Source: Botryllus schlosseri
Taxonomy: Eukaryota
DNA: 64,000 nt
Assembly (NCBI GenBank): GCA_051294905.1
Contig: CM119380.1
Span: 17,422,001 to 17,486,000 of the forward strand
Reading direction: 5' to 3'
The notes beneath the pieces are model-generated. The model made no database searches. It was not told the DNA's origin and worked only from the letters and a program-made list of their open reading frames with translations. Position 1 is the first letter of the stretch. Each line of letters opens with the position of its first letter. Positions 1 through 15,013 of this stretch are shown one piece after another. A program made the position numbers and the translations under genes.

Positions 1-195
1 GTTACCAGTTCACTGCTGTGTTAATTTTGTTATGTGCTGATCAATTCCGGGGATCTTACCAATCACCAATAGCACGTAATTACTAAATAAAGTCTTGCCA
101 AATTTTATTGGAGATAATAGCATTTTTTATAGGATGGATACAAAGATTCTAAATGGGGAATGAAGGCTCGGAATAATTCGGAACAACATCTTGGG

Positions 196-295
196 ATAGC
201 ATGGAGGAGAAAAAACGTTGGTGCAGACTTGGTGCCCTTACGGTCGTATCGCCGGCGCCAAGGCATCTCGATGGTGCAGGCGCAAACGAATACCC

Positions 296-338
<43 letters not shown>
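196..338 (+). mobile_element. 5'-truncated SINE (tail type A) ending in (TC)n
   Basis: GGATAGCATGGAGGAGAAAAAA...GGTGCAGACT...GCATCTCGATGGTGCAGGCG...AATACC(TC)n aligns with the 3' half of the copy at 37496-37759. Confidence 0.85.
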
Positions 339-341
<3 letters not shown>

Positions 342-841
342 CGTATTGTGATTCGAGTCGAAATGTGAGAGTTCGTTTTTTCGAGTAATGAAAATGGATG
401 CCTCACACCAAGAATAATATTTTATCGACGAAAAATATAGATTTGATACTTTATATTCACCGGTGGAGCCTCAACACCTCGGTTAGCCGCATTTCATCAC
501 CGAAAAACATGTCACACAAGGATACGAAAATTTACGGAATGACATTTCTGTCGAGTCGTGATCGAACTTCATAATGGTCACAAAGCGCCGCGATAACTTT
601 TACTGTAATTTTTAGTTGGAAACTGGCTGTATTTTTCTTTCTATAATATGCCCAATGCAGTCAGGGCTTTTTGCGAAACCGAGTGGTTTCGGTGTAAGAT
701 TGTTGTTCTTAAGAGCTTTTTACGGAGTGAAAAGCAAACTATTAACCTCTACCAAAAGTTGACCCCCTCAAAGCAAATAAATAGCCTCGAGTATACGGAT
801 AAGAAATATCTGCTTCATAGAGAATATCGCAAGTCATTTAT

Positions 842-1033
842 TTGAATTCTATGCTCCCCGCTGTTTACGCGGCTTCGAGTACCGCCAGTCACATTCCGAC
901 GGAGCCATGGCGCAGAGGTGGCTGGAATCGGAAAACATGGCGCTCGACAATGGAGACTGACCTAGCGCAACGCGGGCTGTCGCTTGAAGACGCGCACGAC
1001 CGCCTACGTTGGAGACGCTTAATACGAGCCTAA
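842..1033 (+). mobile_element. 3' fragment of an RTE-like non-LTR retrotransposon ORF2
   Basis: RKTWRSTMETDLAQRGLSLEDAHDRLRWRRLIRA* matches the typical C-terminal KTW...DL...AxDRxxWR motif of RTE-group ORF2. Motif recalled, not searched. Confidence 0.7.
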
Positions 1034-2099
1034 AACTGATTATCTTGATGTATTTTGTTTCCTGTTTTCTTTTGCCCTTTTCATTTTTATTTATCTAATT
1101 GAAAAGTCGATACATATATACCGCCAGTGTATGAACATTTTATACGTATAAGATTCGGTGATCAATTATTATGTTTTAAAGATTATTGCTTTTGTTGAAA
1201 TACTTCTTATGATGTGCCTTCACTCGCCGCCGACAACAACAGCAACCACTTGTGCTTCCACGATAGTTCCACACCGGGTCAGATTAAACCATAAAAACGT
1301 TTATCAGTTATATGCAAGCATTTTGATCTGCAAAGACACATAATGTACTGCACTGTACACTGACAACATGCGATGTAATGAACATACGGGAGGATGCCTT
1401 TTACGACTAGTCCTATACATACATTATACGATGATGATAGTAGTACAATATAATGCCTCTATAAGTTGTATTTTAAACCATTCCATTTACTTGTGATGTG
1501 AGCTACTTAAACCTCTTTAATGTGAAGCTGTTGATATTTCTACACCGAATTATGACTACGAAGTCCTACCGGTCCTAATATCAATCTATGAATGTGTTGA
1601 GCTGTCCGCGTTCGTCTGCTGTCTTTACTAACGAGATCGATTATAAATTTCCAAGAGGCACTTTTAACGAACAACTCATCTTCAATTCTTGGTCGCTCTT
1701 TCGAGACTACCAGAAGACATAATATGAATGATAGCACAATTTTCTCTGCCAAAAAATGAGTATCACAGTCAATTCTGAAATCCAATAATACGCGCGAAGG
1801 GTCATTCAATAGGTCCAACATGTATCGGAGCCATGGCGTACGACTGTGTGACAGCAGAAAAAATCTAAATTCGTTGCTGTAATCGGGTATGCAATGGCAG
1901 TAAACACACTTTACAATAGCATCGATATCGGTGTGCACGAACATAGTGCCATTCAAGATTTAATACCCATATTAGCGCAAATGTAATGCCATTGAAGGTG
2001 CAACATTAGTGTATAATACTGTGCAGCGTACATAGTACATATCGATTGTATATTTATACCTTGGCTACTTCGCATTGCTGTTAATTGAAATCCATCTGC

Positions 2100-2355
2100 G
2101 TATGTAAGGAAAGGACGTTATGTGTTTTTGCCCTTGATGTTTTGCGGCATCGACAGACACCGACTCACGAATATACATACACACCATATGCATATGCATA
2201 CCAGGAGTACATTATGTACACATGTCGCTGGACAAGGAAGGTACCGATATAGTCTTGTAAGGCTTTCCAAGTCTTGCACCACCCATCCATGCTATTCCGG
2301 TAATGCCGAGCGCCAAACGGGGAAGTCATCGACACAAGTGTTACCAATCAGTATG
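2100..2355 (-). mobile_element. SINE (tail type B), headless copy
   Basis: Aligns with 32250-32560 (AGGAAAGGACG...CACCGACTCA...CATATGCATACC...CTGGACAAGGAAG...GGCTTTC(C/T)AAGTC...CACCACCC...CCATGCT...GGTAATGC...AGCGCCAA...GGGAAGTCAT). Confidence 0.8.
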
Positions 2356-5300
2356 TTTTCTTATTTCCTATATCCGTACACCCGTAAATGCGCCGTAACA
2401 TGTGTGTGTTGGGATATCTTACGTTCAGAGAAGTTAGATTGGTATATCCTGAAGCAATGTTCTGCTTGCATGAAGTGGATAAACAACATCCAGAAATTGC
2501 ACACATTACGTTTTTATCAATAATATCCACGAAATCTACTGAATACCCATAGCTGACATCCTATACCAATTAACATTGTCTACGTTATTTTATAAGATAT
2601 TTCAAAACCTTTGATCTCACGCTCTTCATTTTAAACGGTATGTTTTCAATATAAATATGTGTATTACGTTTCTGTGTATAGTTGCCATGGTCTGCATTTG
2701 AAGGCAGAAAAACACCATCCCCTAATGAAAGCCGTCAGAAATTCTATCGCAACAGAAACCATGTTTGGTATGACTTTTTCTGTGTAGACTTTCGCACAGA
2801 GCACATCACAAATCAGCTTACACCAAAACGAAAGCGCTGTAACACAATCCGACATTCTGCAATGACGCGGCAAAGGAGCGGCGGGTATTAAACAGATTTA
2901 CCCGTTTTGGTAATCGCGGCGAAGAGCGTTTCAAAGCAAATGAAGAGTTTGCGTTGGTGTTGATGAAGAGGATTATATAGTCCGGTTCAAGTATATGGTA
3001 ATGATTTTCTAGGTGTGTGGAATTGGTAGCCTTTATCAGGGGGTTGTCTTTACTAAAAAATACTCGTTGTCTGTTCATATAGTGTTGCAGGTGGTGTTAG
3101 TCTTTGAAACATTGATGACGCGTTTTCGGGAGATTAGAAATCTCACGTAAAAGCTCATTACAAAAAAGAAAAATCTGCGATACGTATTTTCTGATTATCT
3201 ATTTTACCATATACCGTTATTCTCACTCAACAACCACGGCTCAATGTGCGCTGTAGAGAGAAGCGAGTATCACCAATATCTTGGTACCGCATTTTACGTG
3301 AAACTATTATATAACATTACATCATAAGTTCAATGGGTAGTCGCTGGTTATGATTTATATCAACTAAGCACAATAAACTATCAATAATTACGTTACCATT
3401 TAAAACTAGACAGGGTGGTGATCATTATTATCCTCCTCCTGTTACGTTGTGGTGTATGGTATATTGATAGCCCGACATACGAAATGGCGGTGGTTTTTCT
3501 ATCATACCACTACATCGAATATCTTACTACATACTATCTTACAACGTATGCATATTTCGTTACGCAATGACGAGCAAAGCTAATACTTGTGATGTTAATT
3601 TGAGCAGTGGACTCGGATAAGACGACGTTTCTGCTCTCAATAAGCTGATATATATTAGTTATCCTATTCATTGCTCCCTTTAGTTTAGTTTATGTCGCAG
3701 TTCTTGTAGAAGTAAAGATGATCGTATTTGTACAAAGAGATCGATTAGAAACGTAAAGAGTGAATCGATTACTTCGGATTTCTTTCAAATGTAATCGATT
3801 GCGATTACGATTCCTTGAAAATCGTGATGGATGATGATTACAAAACACGGTTAGCCCATGTCTGCTTCGTACCGAAATTTCGCATCGTACTTTTTGCCCA
3901 AATCATATCGTACCGTGGCAAATATCGTACAATTACCGTGCCAATTCCCGACCGTATTGGTAAACTATTAGGCCAAATCACTTTCTCCATACCCATTACC
4001 CATCTCCCCGACGTCGCAATGATTCCGCGATTCGGACGCGAAGCGGCCTCTCATGTCACACAATCTATCAAGCGTCTTTCCCGATCTTGACTTCAATTAC
4101 AATTCAGAGGCCGAAATGTATGACGTGAAACCATTCAATCGCGTTGAAATAAAACGAAAACAAGTCGCCGCGAGTATCGGTAGCTCATTGCGAAGGTACT
4201 CGAAGGAATTGTCCGACCTTCGACAGGTGACGACAACGTCTGTCACTGAGCTGAAACCACATCCATCTCGTGTCACGGTACATGTCATTTTCAAGTGGCA
4301 TTTCTGACCTTGAGCGATGTTCAAGTTACAAATTCCTGTGGTTGTTTACCAACGACTGCACAAATTGAGGTTTGCGTTATACGAAGTGAATCCCGTGTGC
4401 GATCCATTTCTGATCCCCAGGGGTGGCTTGCTGAAAGGCTAACAGCATTAGAAGATTGATTAGGCAGGTAACAGAAACTTATCCGTGACGACTCCGGGGG
4501 CTGTGTGAGTGTGTAAAGGTATGATGATGGGCGGGCTTAACTTATTTTAAATCTCATATAACACATGATACGGATTCATTTACTTTGTCGCCGGTCCTCC
4601 GGTATGGACAAAGTGACGGCCGACTCGAGGAAATTAAGCCTTACGTCACAGTCGCCACCTGTCAGAATAAGCGCAAACAATGTTGGTATATTCAGTGATA
4701 AAAACAGAATAATATATTTGTGGATTGACTATGCGTAAGCTACATACACGATCAATCGCATATACCTCGTGACACAGGACAAATTAGTTCATGGATTATA
4801 TTATTGTCCATACATATGCATAACACATTGTATTCACATTACAAATTCAAGCGCATAAAACAATATTGCGTTATTTCTTTTTTCAACTAATATAAAATAC
4901 ATATGTGCCTCACTTCTGGTATAATATTAATTATTATTTATGTAGGATATACTTTCCTCGTTTTTTTGAAATGAAACTACATTGTAGGACGATAACGAAA
5001 ATGGTCACGGATATGAAAAGACATAAATGTGACTATATAGTTGAAGCGCAGAAAGTCTTTGTGAAAAGGAGGCCAGTCATAATGAAACATATTGGGCATC
5101 ATTTCCCGTTTCGTATTAGTTCTATTCCTATAGACTTTTGCCGTGTGCCGTCGTTGCAAAACTGCATAACAAGTTCATAGCAGTGGTGGCGTGTACACCT
5201 GTATACTGACAATTTTGGATATAAACAAAAATTCATCCATAATCTTGAACTAGATCAATGTAACATAACAACTCGAAGTTCATCGTTGGCGGTGGCCAAT

Positions 5301-8300
5301 TATGTAATCATGTAATAAGTGGGCAATACTAAAAGTAACAGAAAACTCTTTACATAGATATAGATAATTTGAAGTACGTGAAGATATCTCGCGTAGTCAT
5401 AAACGATTGTTGGATAGTGAATACCTCACATGGTTGTATCATGCGTCCTACATCCATACCGTTACAGACATGTCTGTTTTATAGAAAATGTAGTGTACCG
5501 TAGTATATAGATATATATCTTAATCATGGTGTTTGCAGTGTGACTTTTAGAGAGCAGAAAATTTAAAAGCAACAAGATCCGCCAATCTGTATAGTATGAC
5601 GACGTTATGGAAGTCAAGCCAAGATATATCCACACACGCTTCCATGATGTCGTAAACAGATTTTGGAGTTACACTGTGTCTATATCATCTGTACGAGACG
5701 TAGCAATCAAACCGTGAAGTAGTGTTGTAGTTTTCAACGAAGAACGAAAGACAGTTACAGAAAGAAGACACCTCCGTGTTCACTGTTCATATAGGCCATT
5801 ATCAAGCATGGCACTTCCGACCGATATGCTAAGAAAACAGAGAAATATTTGCACGGTGTGTTTACAAATCAAAGAGATGTATTTTGTAGGGAAATGCTGG
5901 AAGGATTGTGGATCCGTTTCAGTAAACATACTTGATGGAAGAAATTTCATTTGAGTGTTTGGGAAGTCATGGTCAAATGCAACGCTATGTAACTGTATCC
6001 ACCAATACGTCTCAAACGACACGTTTGTCTTTCGATCCATATTCGATCAATAAGCCAAAACTGTGACTTGTCGGCATATCTTGAGATCAACAATTTATCG
6101 ATATCTCGTTGCACTATCATAAAAAGCAAGTCAGTTGTCAATCAGCCGAAAAAAACAATTAATGAACGGAGCAAAGATAGGTTATTCATGTTCTGAAAGC
6201 TTTCGGGTGTTCTATTCTCTCATCACCAGATATTTATTTAGGCTTAGGAGGCATGTTTGTTATAATACTCGGCAGAACGTGTCAGTGAGGCTGCAGCGAG
6301 ATTGCGGCGGGTCACAGTGGAGTAGATAGGAAAAGACTGGATTGAAGGCATAGCTTGATGCCAGTTTATTGAGACATACTTAGCCAAACGTACTGTTAAG
6401 TCAGTCGCAGTACAACGGTAGGTAGGTGTTGATGAGGCGAAATAATTGCATTAATAATAAATAAATGTTCGGCGTGTGACTATGGCAGAGACTTGTCGTT
6501 GAAGAAGAGGTGAATCAATTGTATCGATCCTGTAATAAGTAGGCTATGTAAGAGTGTAAGTGTGAGGATTTGTAAGCGTCCAGTGAAGCTTCCTGACACA
6601 GCATGTGCTGCATGCAAATGCGGAATTGAGGTTGTACAATGTACTTGTACATGTACTGCATAGTTGTTCACAATTTAACAGTAATAATATGAGTAATTCT
6701 CATTGCAACCTCTCGAAGTCTCCATGTATGAAGGATTGATTGCTTTTACCAACGTGTTGATAGTTGCATTCGTTGTGACGTAGCTATCTCCTTTACGCAT
6801 TGTAGATGACTGAGAAGAAACCTCACTCGTGATGACAAAATTCAAAGATGGTGTCCAAGAACTCATAACGGGCACTGTCCAAACGAATCGGATATTTCCC
6901 AACCGGAAAGACAATTAATTCGTGGTGTTGCCACCTATAGCATTGACGGATTATCATATTTCAAAGGCGTTTTAAAAATTTACCGATCTTCAATGTGTAT
7001 TTGAGAAAGATTAAAAATTACTATCTTGATAGAAATGGCCTAAACCACTCAAACTAATATAGGTTTAGTCAATGTCGTCAATATACATACCGAAGCTGCA
7101 TTTATTGTTGTTGTAATAATGTCAGTTTGGCGGGGATTATAACTATGTATGCGAGATGCGAAAACGATAGGATATTTCGTGTGCTAATGATGACTGCGCG
7201 CGATATCCTTGGGACATGAATATGACTGCGAACTGCGCAAAAATAACACTGAGCTAGCCATGAGATAACAAGGGAGTGAAATAGATATGAGCAGCTCAGA
7301 CTGAACTTTTGCCTGATGCTGATGAATGATGACCATAACGTCTTAGTTCGATTGTGATGTTACTATCGCAGTAAAATTGTCAATGGAATAGTTTTACATC
7401 ATATATCTGAGCGTGAAGGATCGTAAGCACAGAAGATCTAGCTACAATTAAGTTAACAAACCTATTTTCAATCAATATCTCCGATAATTCGTAGATAGTA
7501 GCTTTAAAAAATTGTACTATTATCAAGGAACTGATAAGAAACTCATAAATTGTTTCCTTGTATGTGAAAACGCTGTATTGTGGGTTTGGCGAAACGAATA
7601 ACTCAAGATAAAAAGAGCACTAGATGTGTTCTTTATTCGAATCTTCAGGGACGTTTTCATAAATATGTCAATCTGCAAGACCGATCACATAGTTATTTCA
7701 GGCGATTGCCAATTCAACACACATTTGCGGCATTGTTGGCTTCGCGTACGATGCATTTTAAATCTGCACATCATTGTGTGCGTACCTGCGCTCTGGATAT
7801 GTATAGGGCACACTGAAAGTTATAGGTTATATGTAAGTGCAGAGAGAAACATCTTTCAAATCATCAACTGAGGCGAGGCGTATCTCGATTTCTGACAGCG
7901 TAAATGCCATAATTTCACAATTGCCTCATGATCTTATTACACTCCAACGACGCCGCTGTCTTTCAAACTTCCGATGACTTTGACGTTTTCGCGTAATATC
8001 GAGCACGAAATTGCTGATACCGATCGAAATATCGCTGAAATTATAACCTAAGAATCTCTTAGATCGTCTCGTTTCTTCCGACGTTTGCGGTACGTTCTAA
8101 AATTATATCCAAAATATACGCAACGCCGATCTCTTCGAATAGTGTCTGGGTGTTAAAGTATCGAAATGGATGAGTTGTAATATTTTGTTGGTGTGAAATT
8201 GAGGCCACTCGTCGATCGTAAAATGTGAGCATACGTCAGTAATTGTTGTTTTGATTTTTATTAGACCTAATGGCGTCGGAAATTAGTTACTTTTCGGGAG

Positions 8301-9228
8301 ATCATAATCCCTGGTTTTGGTATTTTCATCCGCTAAAGACACGCAATACACAAAATACAATGAGATGTAAAGAATAGATAGGAGGATGTCGAAACGACCG
8401 AGTAAGGTCTATCAATCTGACATTCAGCTCGGATTAATGTCTTTTGTAGCAGTGTTCATTCTGTTCAATCTTGATATTCTGACCGCCTTTCAAGCTATAG
8501 TGATTGCCTTAATTAGTGTCTTAGAATAGGCTATCTTTGTACATATGGCGGTCAATAGTGTACACCACATTGATAAGCATTCATATTGATATAGTTCGAG
8601 AACTTCTCAATCCACTGGGTTGACATCCAAATCTGCCCACGAAAACATCCAGAGCACATTACCTGAGTTCTTATATAAAAATGATAAGCACTGTACCGTG
8701 ACTTAGTTAGTGACAGCGCAATAAATATATGATACATTTTAAAACGCGATAGCCATACGTGCGGCATTGTTTACAGTTAAATGTGTTATCGTGCAGTTCA
8801 AACACTTTGGCATTGAAAAGCGGAATTGAAGTTAAAGATACTAGCAAAACTAGCGATCTTAGTATTCAGTTTAGCTCGAGTTTAGGCATGTGGTATTATG
8901 TGATTCATAGCGCCGCAGCCAACTGCGAAGTGTTTGGCGTTCTCCTCTTTGGATTATATTATGTTTGTTTACATTGCGAGATGCTAATCACAAGGTCGTT
9001 AATTTCGCATGTATCACTCTTCAGACACGCCGTAAGACACCGGTGCCGCCTGCCGGAACCGACGCCGTAACATAGGAAACCTACGGATATTTTGATATGC
9101 GTTAGCGACGATGCGTTTGACGCGAGGGCTGGATAGGAATCAACAAAACTTGATGTGTTATTAGAATCAAAGCGGAGAGCCTAGTCGCAAACTCCTGCAA
9201 TACCGCGGTTATTCTGAGTTGTGCTATC

Positions 9229-9645
9229 TAGAGCCCGACCGATATTGGATTTTTGGGCCGATACCGATAAAACCAATATCTAACACCTTCACCGATAACA
9301 CCGATATATTCAGCCGATATTTATAAGGTGGAATCTGCCTCAAAAGGCGCATTTTCAGAACTTCAGAGCATTTATTTCAACAGCTTTACAGCCATTGTCA
9401 TACTTGAACATGAAATAAACCATAAAGGCTGCATCTGGACACCGTGAAAGTTCAAGATATATGAAATATAGCAATATTCTTAGTCTAGCGGTCGAGAATT
9501 ATAGTTTTATGACTTGATACCATCATGTTGTGACGTCACGAAAATTACCGATATTTTTTTACCTCCAATGGCCGATACCGATAATTCTTTCAAAGTCTAA
9601 TATCGACTCGATATTATTGGCGAACCGATAATCGGTCGGGCTCTA
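9229..9645. mobile_element. Non-autonomous hAT MITE
   Basis: Perfect 15-bp TIR TAGAGCCCGACCGAT/ATCGGTCGGGCTCTA. 8-bp TSD GTGCTATC at 9221-9228 and 9646-9653. Multiple subterminal CCGATA motifs. Confidence 0.92.
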
Positions 9646-12600
9646 GTGCTATCATTCCTCCATATTACAACGTCGCAATATTCATGAGCTTGAGCAATCG
9701 CGACGCATCGCTCAAACTATACGCTGCGAGTAATTCTCTCGCCATTACGTCATGAAATCATAAAGTACGCGGTAAGTCAGATTAATAAAGGAGCCGCAGC
9801 CTGAAGGGCCCTCGATAAGCGTTGTCATCTTAAGACAGTCATGCTCTATGCAATCAGCGAGCCGTATATCCAGGTTCACTGCAGGTTATCTCGATGGGAA
9901 ATTTGCCGCTTTCCGTTACATGCTTACTTGACCTTCCGCCCGGATGACGCAATTAGTGCTGTTACTCCTCCAAACAAACGTGAATATACTATAAATTCAA
10001 CTATATATAAGTCGCGTCTTTCATCATAGGTTTAAGGTTGATGAAATTCAGCCGAAGACTACAGTAATGCGATTGATAAGCACTCCGCAGTCTTCGATAT
10101 CGTAAATTCGGAATGGAGCCCATGTATGTATGTATGTATATTTGCTCGGCAAGGGCTTCGCTGAAATTATGGACCGACACTAAACGAATGGTTGCAGTTT
10201 CAGAATATGTATCATCCAATCCGTCTTAGTATCCCTCTTTCGCAAAATGTAGATTGAAATATTTTTGTTGTATTTTATAAACATAACTCATTTAATGACC
10301 GCTTCATTCCCCTGTTCATTCTCACTATGTGCAGTGTGCAGTCTATATTTTAGTATCGCACATACATGTGAGTCAAATTGATTCGTGTATTACATAAATG
10401 AATTCGACTCTTGTTGCGAGACATTGCCATCAACATGCAGCGTTGCATCGAGACCACAGTACAAATTTGAATAGTAGCCAGTTAGCCTGGCACTATATTA
10501 TAAGCCAATTCATACTTCGGCCTATATAATATGGGATAATGGTTTTTTTTTAAGATGACGCAGCAGCGTAGAAATAATCGTATAGTATTTATTCTCGGGT
10601 GTCTGGGATGTTATACTTCACCACGGCGATATAATCGGATTAGCTCTGTGGAATTCGTGGGGTTGTCTTTCCGGCTTGTGAATTATTATTGATCGTCTTC
10701 TCTCAGCGTGTTGTGAGAGCGGTTCACTGAATCCTCCAGACAGGCAAGAAAGCCACAGAAAGCTTCATTTCCAAGCCGCATGAAGTTCATGCGCTCTTGC
10801 AGAGCTGTGTGTATCAGGATCAGGGACGCAGCAAGCAGCAGTTAACGTACGAAAGCAACTTTATAGTGTACTTCGTAGGGATGTTCTTCACAGAAACAAA
10901 CAGAAGTGATAAATCGATGACATCTCTGATAGACAATTGGTGTTAGGTAGTATTCCTCGACGGATGTTCTGATAAGACAAACTAGTTTTATATGGTTCGA
11001 TAACATTATGGCCTATATAATTTCATTTTGCCATTTTGAAATATGGTTTATGGGAGATACATCATTCGAATTCAGTGGGTCCATTGGTCTCTATATTGCG
11101 AAGCAGTGAAGTTCAACAAGCTGGTTAACGCAGGCACAATGAACCACACCGTTCTCAGTGATACGCTATAGTAGGCTACGCTATGGTTTGCACTTGGAAA
11201 AAAGTGATCACCACCCAGAAATCGTAAGTGCTAATGATGAATGTGTTATGGACATATGCATATTGACACAGCGAACAGTCATCAAATTAACTACTTCGGG
11301 ATGCTTACTAACTCTCAAATTTCCTCGAGATTGAACAGTATGCAAGCATTGCCGTGTTGCTATTCGCGAGGCCGAATATTTGAGACGAGATACAATAGAT
11401 TGTAATGTGGAACATTACCTGCATACCGCCGTAAAATAATGCAGTCATTCGTGGCTTGCGGTTGTCGCAACCGGTAGTCCCGTTTCGTGGTGTCCCACGC
11501 CACGCTTGCGATATGTTTGAAGAGGTATGGCTGCCAACTGCCAAGCGACCGTCGGCTATGTCGAGTAACCATCGTTGACTTCGCGGAGTATCAAACACGG
11601 CTCTTAACACTTCACCAGTTCAAACGATACCGACCGGTTTTTGGGACGGCCATCATTCCAAAGTTCATTCAATGGTATGCCGATTGCGCGTTCACGCAAA
11701 AATGATTTCAACTGCTGTATCTATGAAAACGTTTTAGGAAATAATCTTCGATAATGTCGTGATTAGTCAGCTGTTATGGGCACATAAAAGCGGATCGTTG
11801 TATTTTAAATGTTGGAGTCCATAAAAACTGAAACCGGACTACAGATGGTAGCTGTCACAAAAGCAACTAGAGCTAATGGTTGTTTGTACATCCACATATT
11901 CCCAAATAGTATTTCAACTTTGGATTAGATTATAACCCAATTTGAGCTACTATTGCTCTGGTACTAACTAACCTAATCAGCAATAGCTAGTCTTATACTG
12001 ACAGTAGCTCGTCACATACGTCATGCAGTAGCTTATTTAGAGGAATGTGGTAATTCCCAATGATAGGATACACTAGCAAGGAACAATCTTCCCTTGTAAA
12101 TGTAGTTTTGTCTCTATTAAAAGTGGTGCATATATAAAATGTTTAATTATCGAGAAACACCTTTATGGCGGGACACGTTCATCGGCTTGTATGTTACATT
12201 TTCCAATGCTGATGAATATCCGTGGTTTTACCGATGTATCAAACTTGTTTCTATTCATATCCATAATCCAATACCAATAACTAGCGATGACGTAAGTTAG
12301 CAATGCCCTCATGCGCCGCGAAATTTCCTTACAGGTTGCGTTGTGTTATCATTCGCGATAAGGTACTTGGCATGATCCTCCTGTCCGCATTTCTTAAAAG
12401 CCAGGATTATGAGTTTTAGTCGGAGATGCATTACCATCATTTTAAAGCTAACTATAAAAGTTGTATACAAAGTGCGATTCTCTCCTCTTGTAAAATTGAA
12501 ACAAATGGGCATGGCGTTCAAGCGCCGGCTCTGCGGCATAACACTTGAGCAAGCTATGTTATGCGAGTATATCTTATCTGCAAAGGCAATCAAACAGACT

Positions 12601-14663
12601 TGAACAAAGCACGGACAGAGTTGTTACTCAATCCTCAGCTAGATTTTCACAGTCGTGACATTACGCCGATGCCGAAACGGTGACGTTGAATCACTTACGT
12701 TCAGAATCATTACTGAAAATCACTATAGGAGGTATTTAACCTTGCTCTCCATATTAAAACTACGTGGCGCGCACCGTAAACAAGTTCAATGTGTGCTATA
12801 AGAACGGAACTGCATGTATGATGGATGTTGACTCGAGCAAAACTGTGACCAAAAATGATCGACATGTGGTTTTGTTTAAGATTCCATTGTAACTTGTGAC
12901 CATTGTGATATTGATGTTATCTGATGTAAGGTAGATATGAATTTCGAAAACACATATTAGTTGGTAGATTATGCGCGGCGCATATACCTACAAGACATAA
13001 TCATTACACACTCGCAAAAGTCTACACATACTATGAATCTGTGAATTTAAATCATTTCGGCTCGCGTCTCGCGTCTTGTCTACCGCGAGGTACGAGCCTG
13101 CACTCTTTTGCATCTGCCGACTTGCGACGTGTTTCATACGGAAAGGAGACCGAGAATATTTCACTCGCCAGGCGCCAATAAAGCCGCACCGAAAGCTAGA
13201 AATATGCCTTTTTTTCTCGGCGTTAAATCAGCAAGACGGCAGCGGACAATCACGGATGAGTACCTGTCAAAAGACGAGGCCATGATACCGAAAAGAGTTA
13301 GAGCAGACAGCATCCGTAGTGTATGTGTGTTCGCATAGATGATTCGTTAGCCTATATCGAAAGTTAATGAACTAGAATACGGCCTGGCAGTCCATGTAGG
13401 GTTAGTCGTAGAGCAAATTGCGTACCGGCATAAAAAGACATTTCAATACGTCACATGATTCTGAGTGATATCGAAACGTCATTGCGCACGGTTAAATAAA
13501 GATGTGAAACTAACTGCAATCTCAGTTTGAATACCTCGCAATAAGCCAATTGTATGAAATATTCTCGAGTTATATATGTCCGAGATATTCAGTACACATG
13601 CAAGTCTTGAAAACAGTCGAGACGTAGATATTTGAGGTAATGCAGTGAATTGGAGTGAGATATTCCGGTTATTTGCGCCGTTGACTATAGGGCACGCCAG
13701 TTTGAATACTGCTTTAATAACACAGGTGCACTGCTTTAGCATAGGCCACATCGATCACTATTACGGAAATTATTGGGAAATATTAACCACTTGATATTCG
13801 ACTATAGACAGGGATTGAAGGTGTACGTCGGCCGCGGGCGCTAAACTGTATGTTCAAACAATGTGAATTTATAAATTCACCGATATATGCGGGAATAAAT
13901 ATTGGTGAAAGGTTATTTGATTTGCTCACAGTTTAATGTAATCGTTTGAAGGATGATTCTGACTAAGAGTTGAGGATTATAGCGTCGGGTCAATCTGCAT
14001 ACTCTTGTAGATGTAGATTTTTGAATGAACTCATATACTACAGTGCTCTCAACGTAATACTTTTCCTTGTTCCATTAGCTGACCACCGTTCTGCTGTCGA
14101 CGCTAGCTATAATCAGCGTTTATTCCTTTGTGTTAACAGTTGAGATTATTAGCATCCCGTATAAGGTTTGGTCTATATTTTTATGCAGATATTATCTGTT
14201 TCACAAGATCTCACCGGAAAATCTGAGTGTCTGACAGGCGAATGGAAGGATCAACTTGCCGTATTTGCAATCTGGATGGATTGATAAAATATTTGAAGAA
14301 GTTTGTTTGATGTGATTGGTAACATTGTTAATCATCGCGGTGTATAGCTATGCTGGTGCTGATGGTCAACAGCAGTTGCTCGACACCTCTATTGTTTGAA
14401 AGGAAGTAGCCAAGCCAAACTACACCCACCGGCGACATCCAGGCATGCCTCATCAAATTAAACACCGTGTCCCGTTCGGACGATATGAATGGGTGACGTC
14501 ACAGCGTCGTATTTGCTCGAAATCGTGCAATGATTTTCCTATTCTTGTTTACTTTGGGCTGTGCGTTGTGTTTCATACTTTTTAAATTGCTAATAACAAC
14601 GCAAATACTGTCAAGTAAAATACTCATCAGGCATGTTGGTTTGGTAAATAGTGCCAATTAACG

Positions 14664-15013
14664 TAGGGTTACCATACGTCCTCTTTTAAGAGGATTTGTC
14701 CTCTTTTTTGACTTTTTTGAAAGTGCCCTCGGAGGACGCCCTTTTGTCCTCTTTTTTGAGATTTTGTCCTCATTTTTGAAAATTCAGGTCAGATTTAGAG
14801 CAAATTGCGAGTGATATGCCGTTAATTAGCACAGAACTGACGCACCGGCGGGTGTATTTTGAGCTCTGAGCGGAAAATATGACTTTTTTTTTAGTCAACC
14901 GATCATAAAGTGGGAAAAATTCACCGGTTTTTGAGAATTCTACTCCGGTTTTGCAAGTCTCAAATTTCTGAAAAAGTGTCCTCTTTTTAGATTTCCAAAA
15001 TATGGTAAGCCTA
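14664..15013. mobile_element. Non-autonomous hAT MITE
   Basis: TIR TAGGGTTACCATA/TATGGTAAGCCTA. TSD AATTAACG at 14656-14663 and 15014-15021. Subterminal GTCCTCTTTT repeats. Confidence 0.92.

Noticed and set aside
149-406. ORFs containing (RE)n or (SL)n runs (also at 42361-42592 and 52521-52745)
   Set aside because: They are translations of the (TC)n/(GA)n tails of SINEs and LINEs.
1540-1956. 138-aa minus-strand ORF
   Set aside because: No recognisable motif, non-ATG start, and no phase-compatible partner exon found.
2840-2985. Frame reading FCNDAAKERRVLNRF...EE, reminiscent of a hATm-type transposase C-terminus
   Set aside because: Similarity is limited to a few residues, and no TIR or TSD is nearby.
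13076-13338. GC-richer ORFs upstream of ADAMTSL5
   Set aside because: No homology recognised and no convincing splice boundaries.
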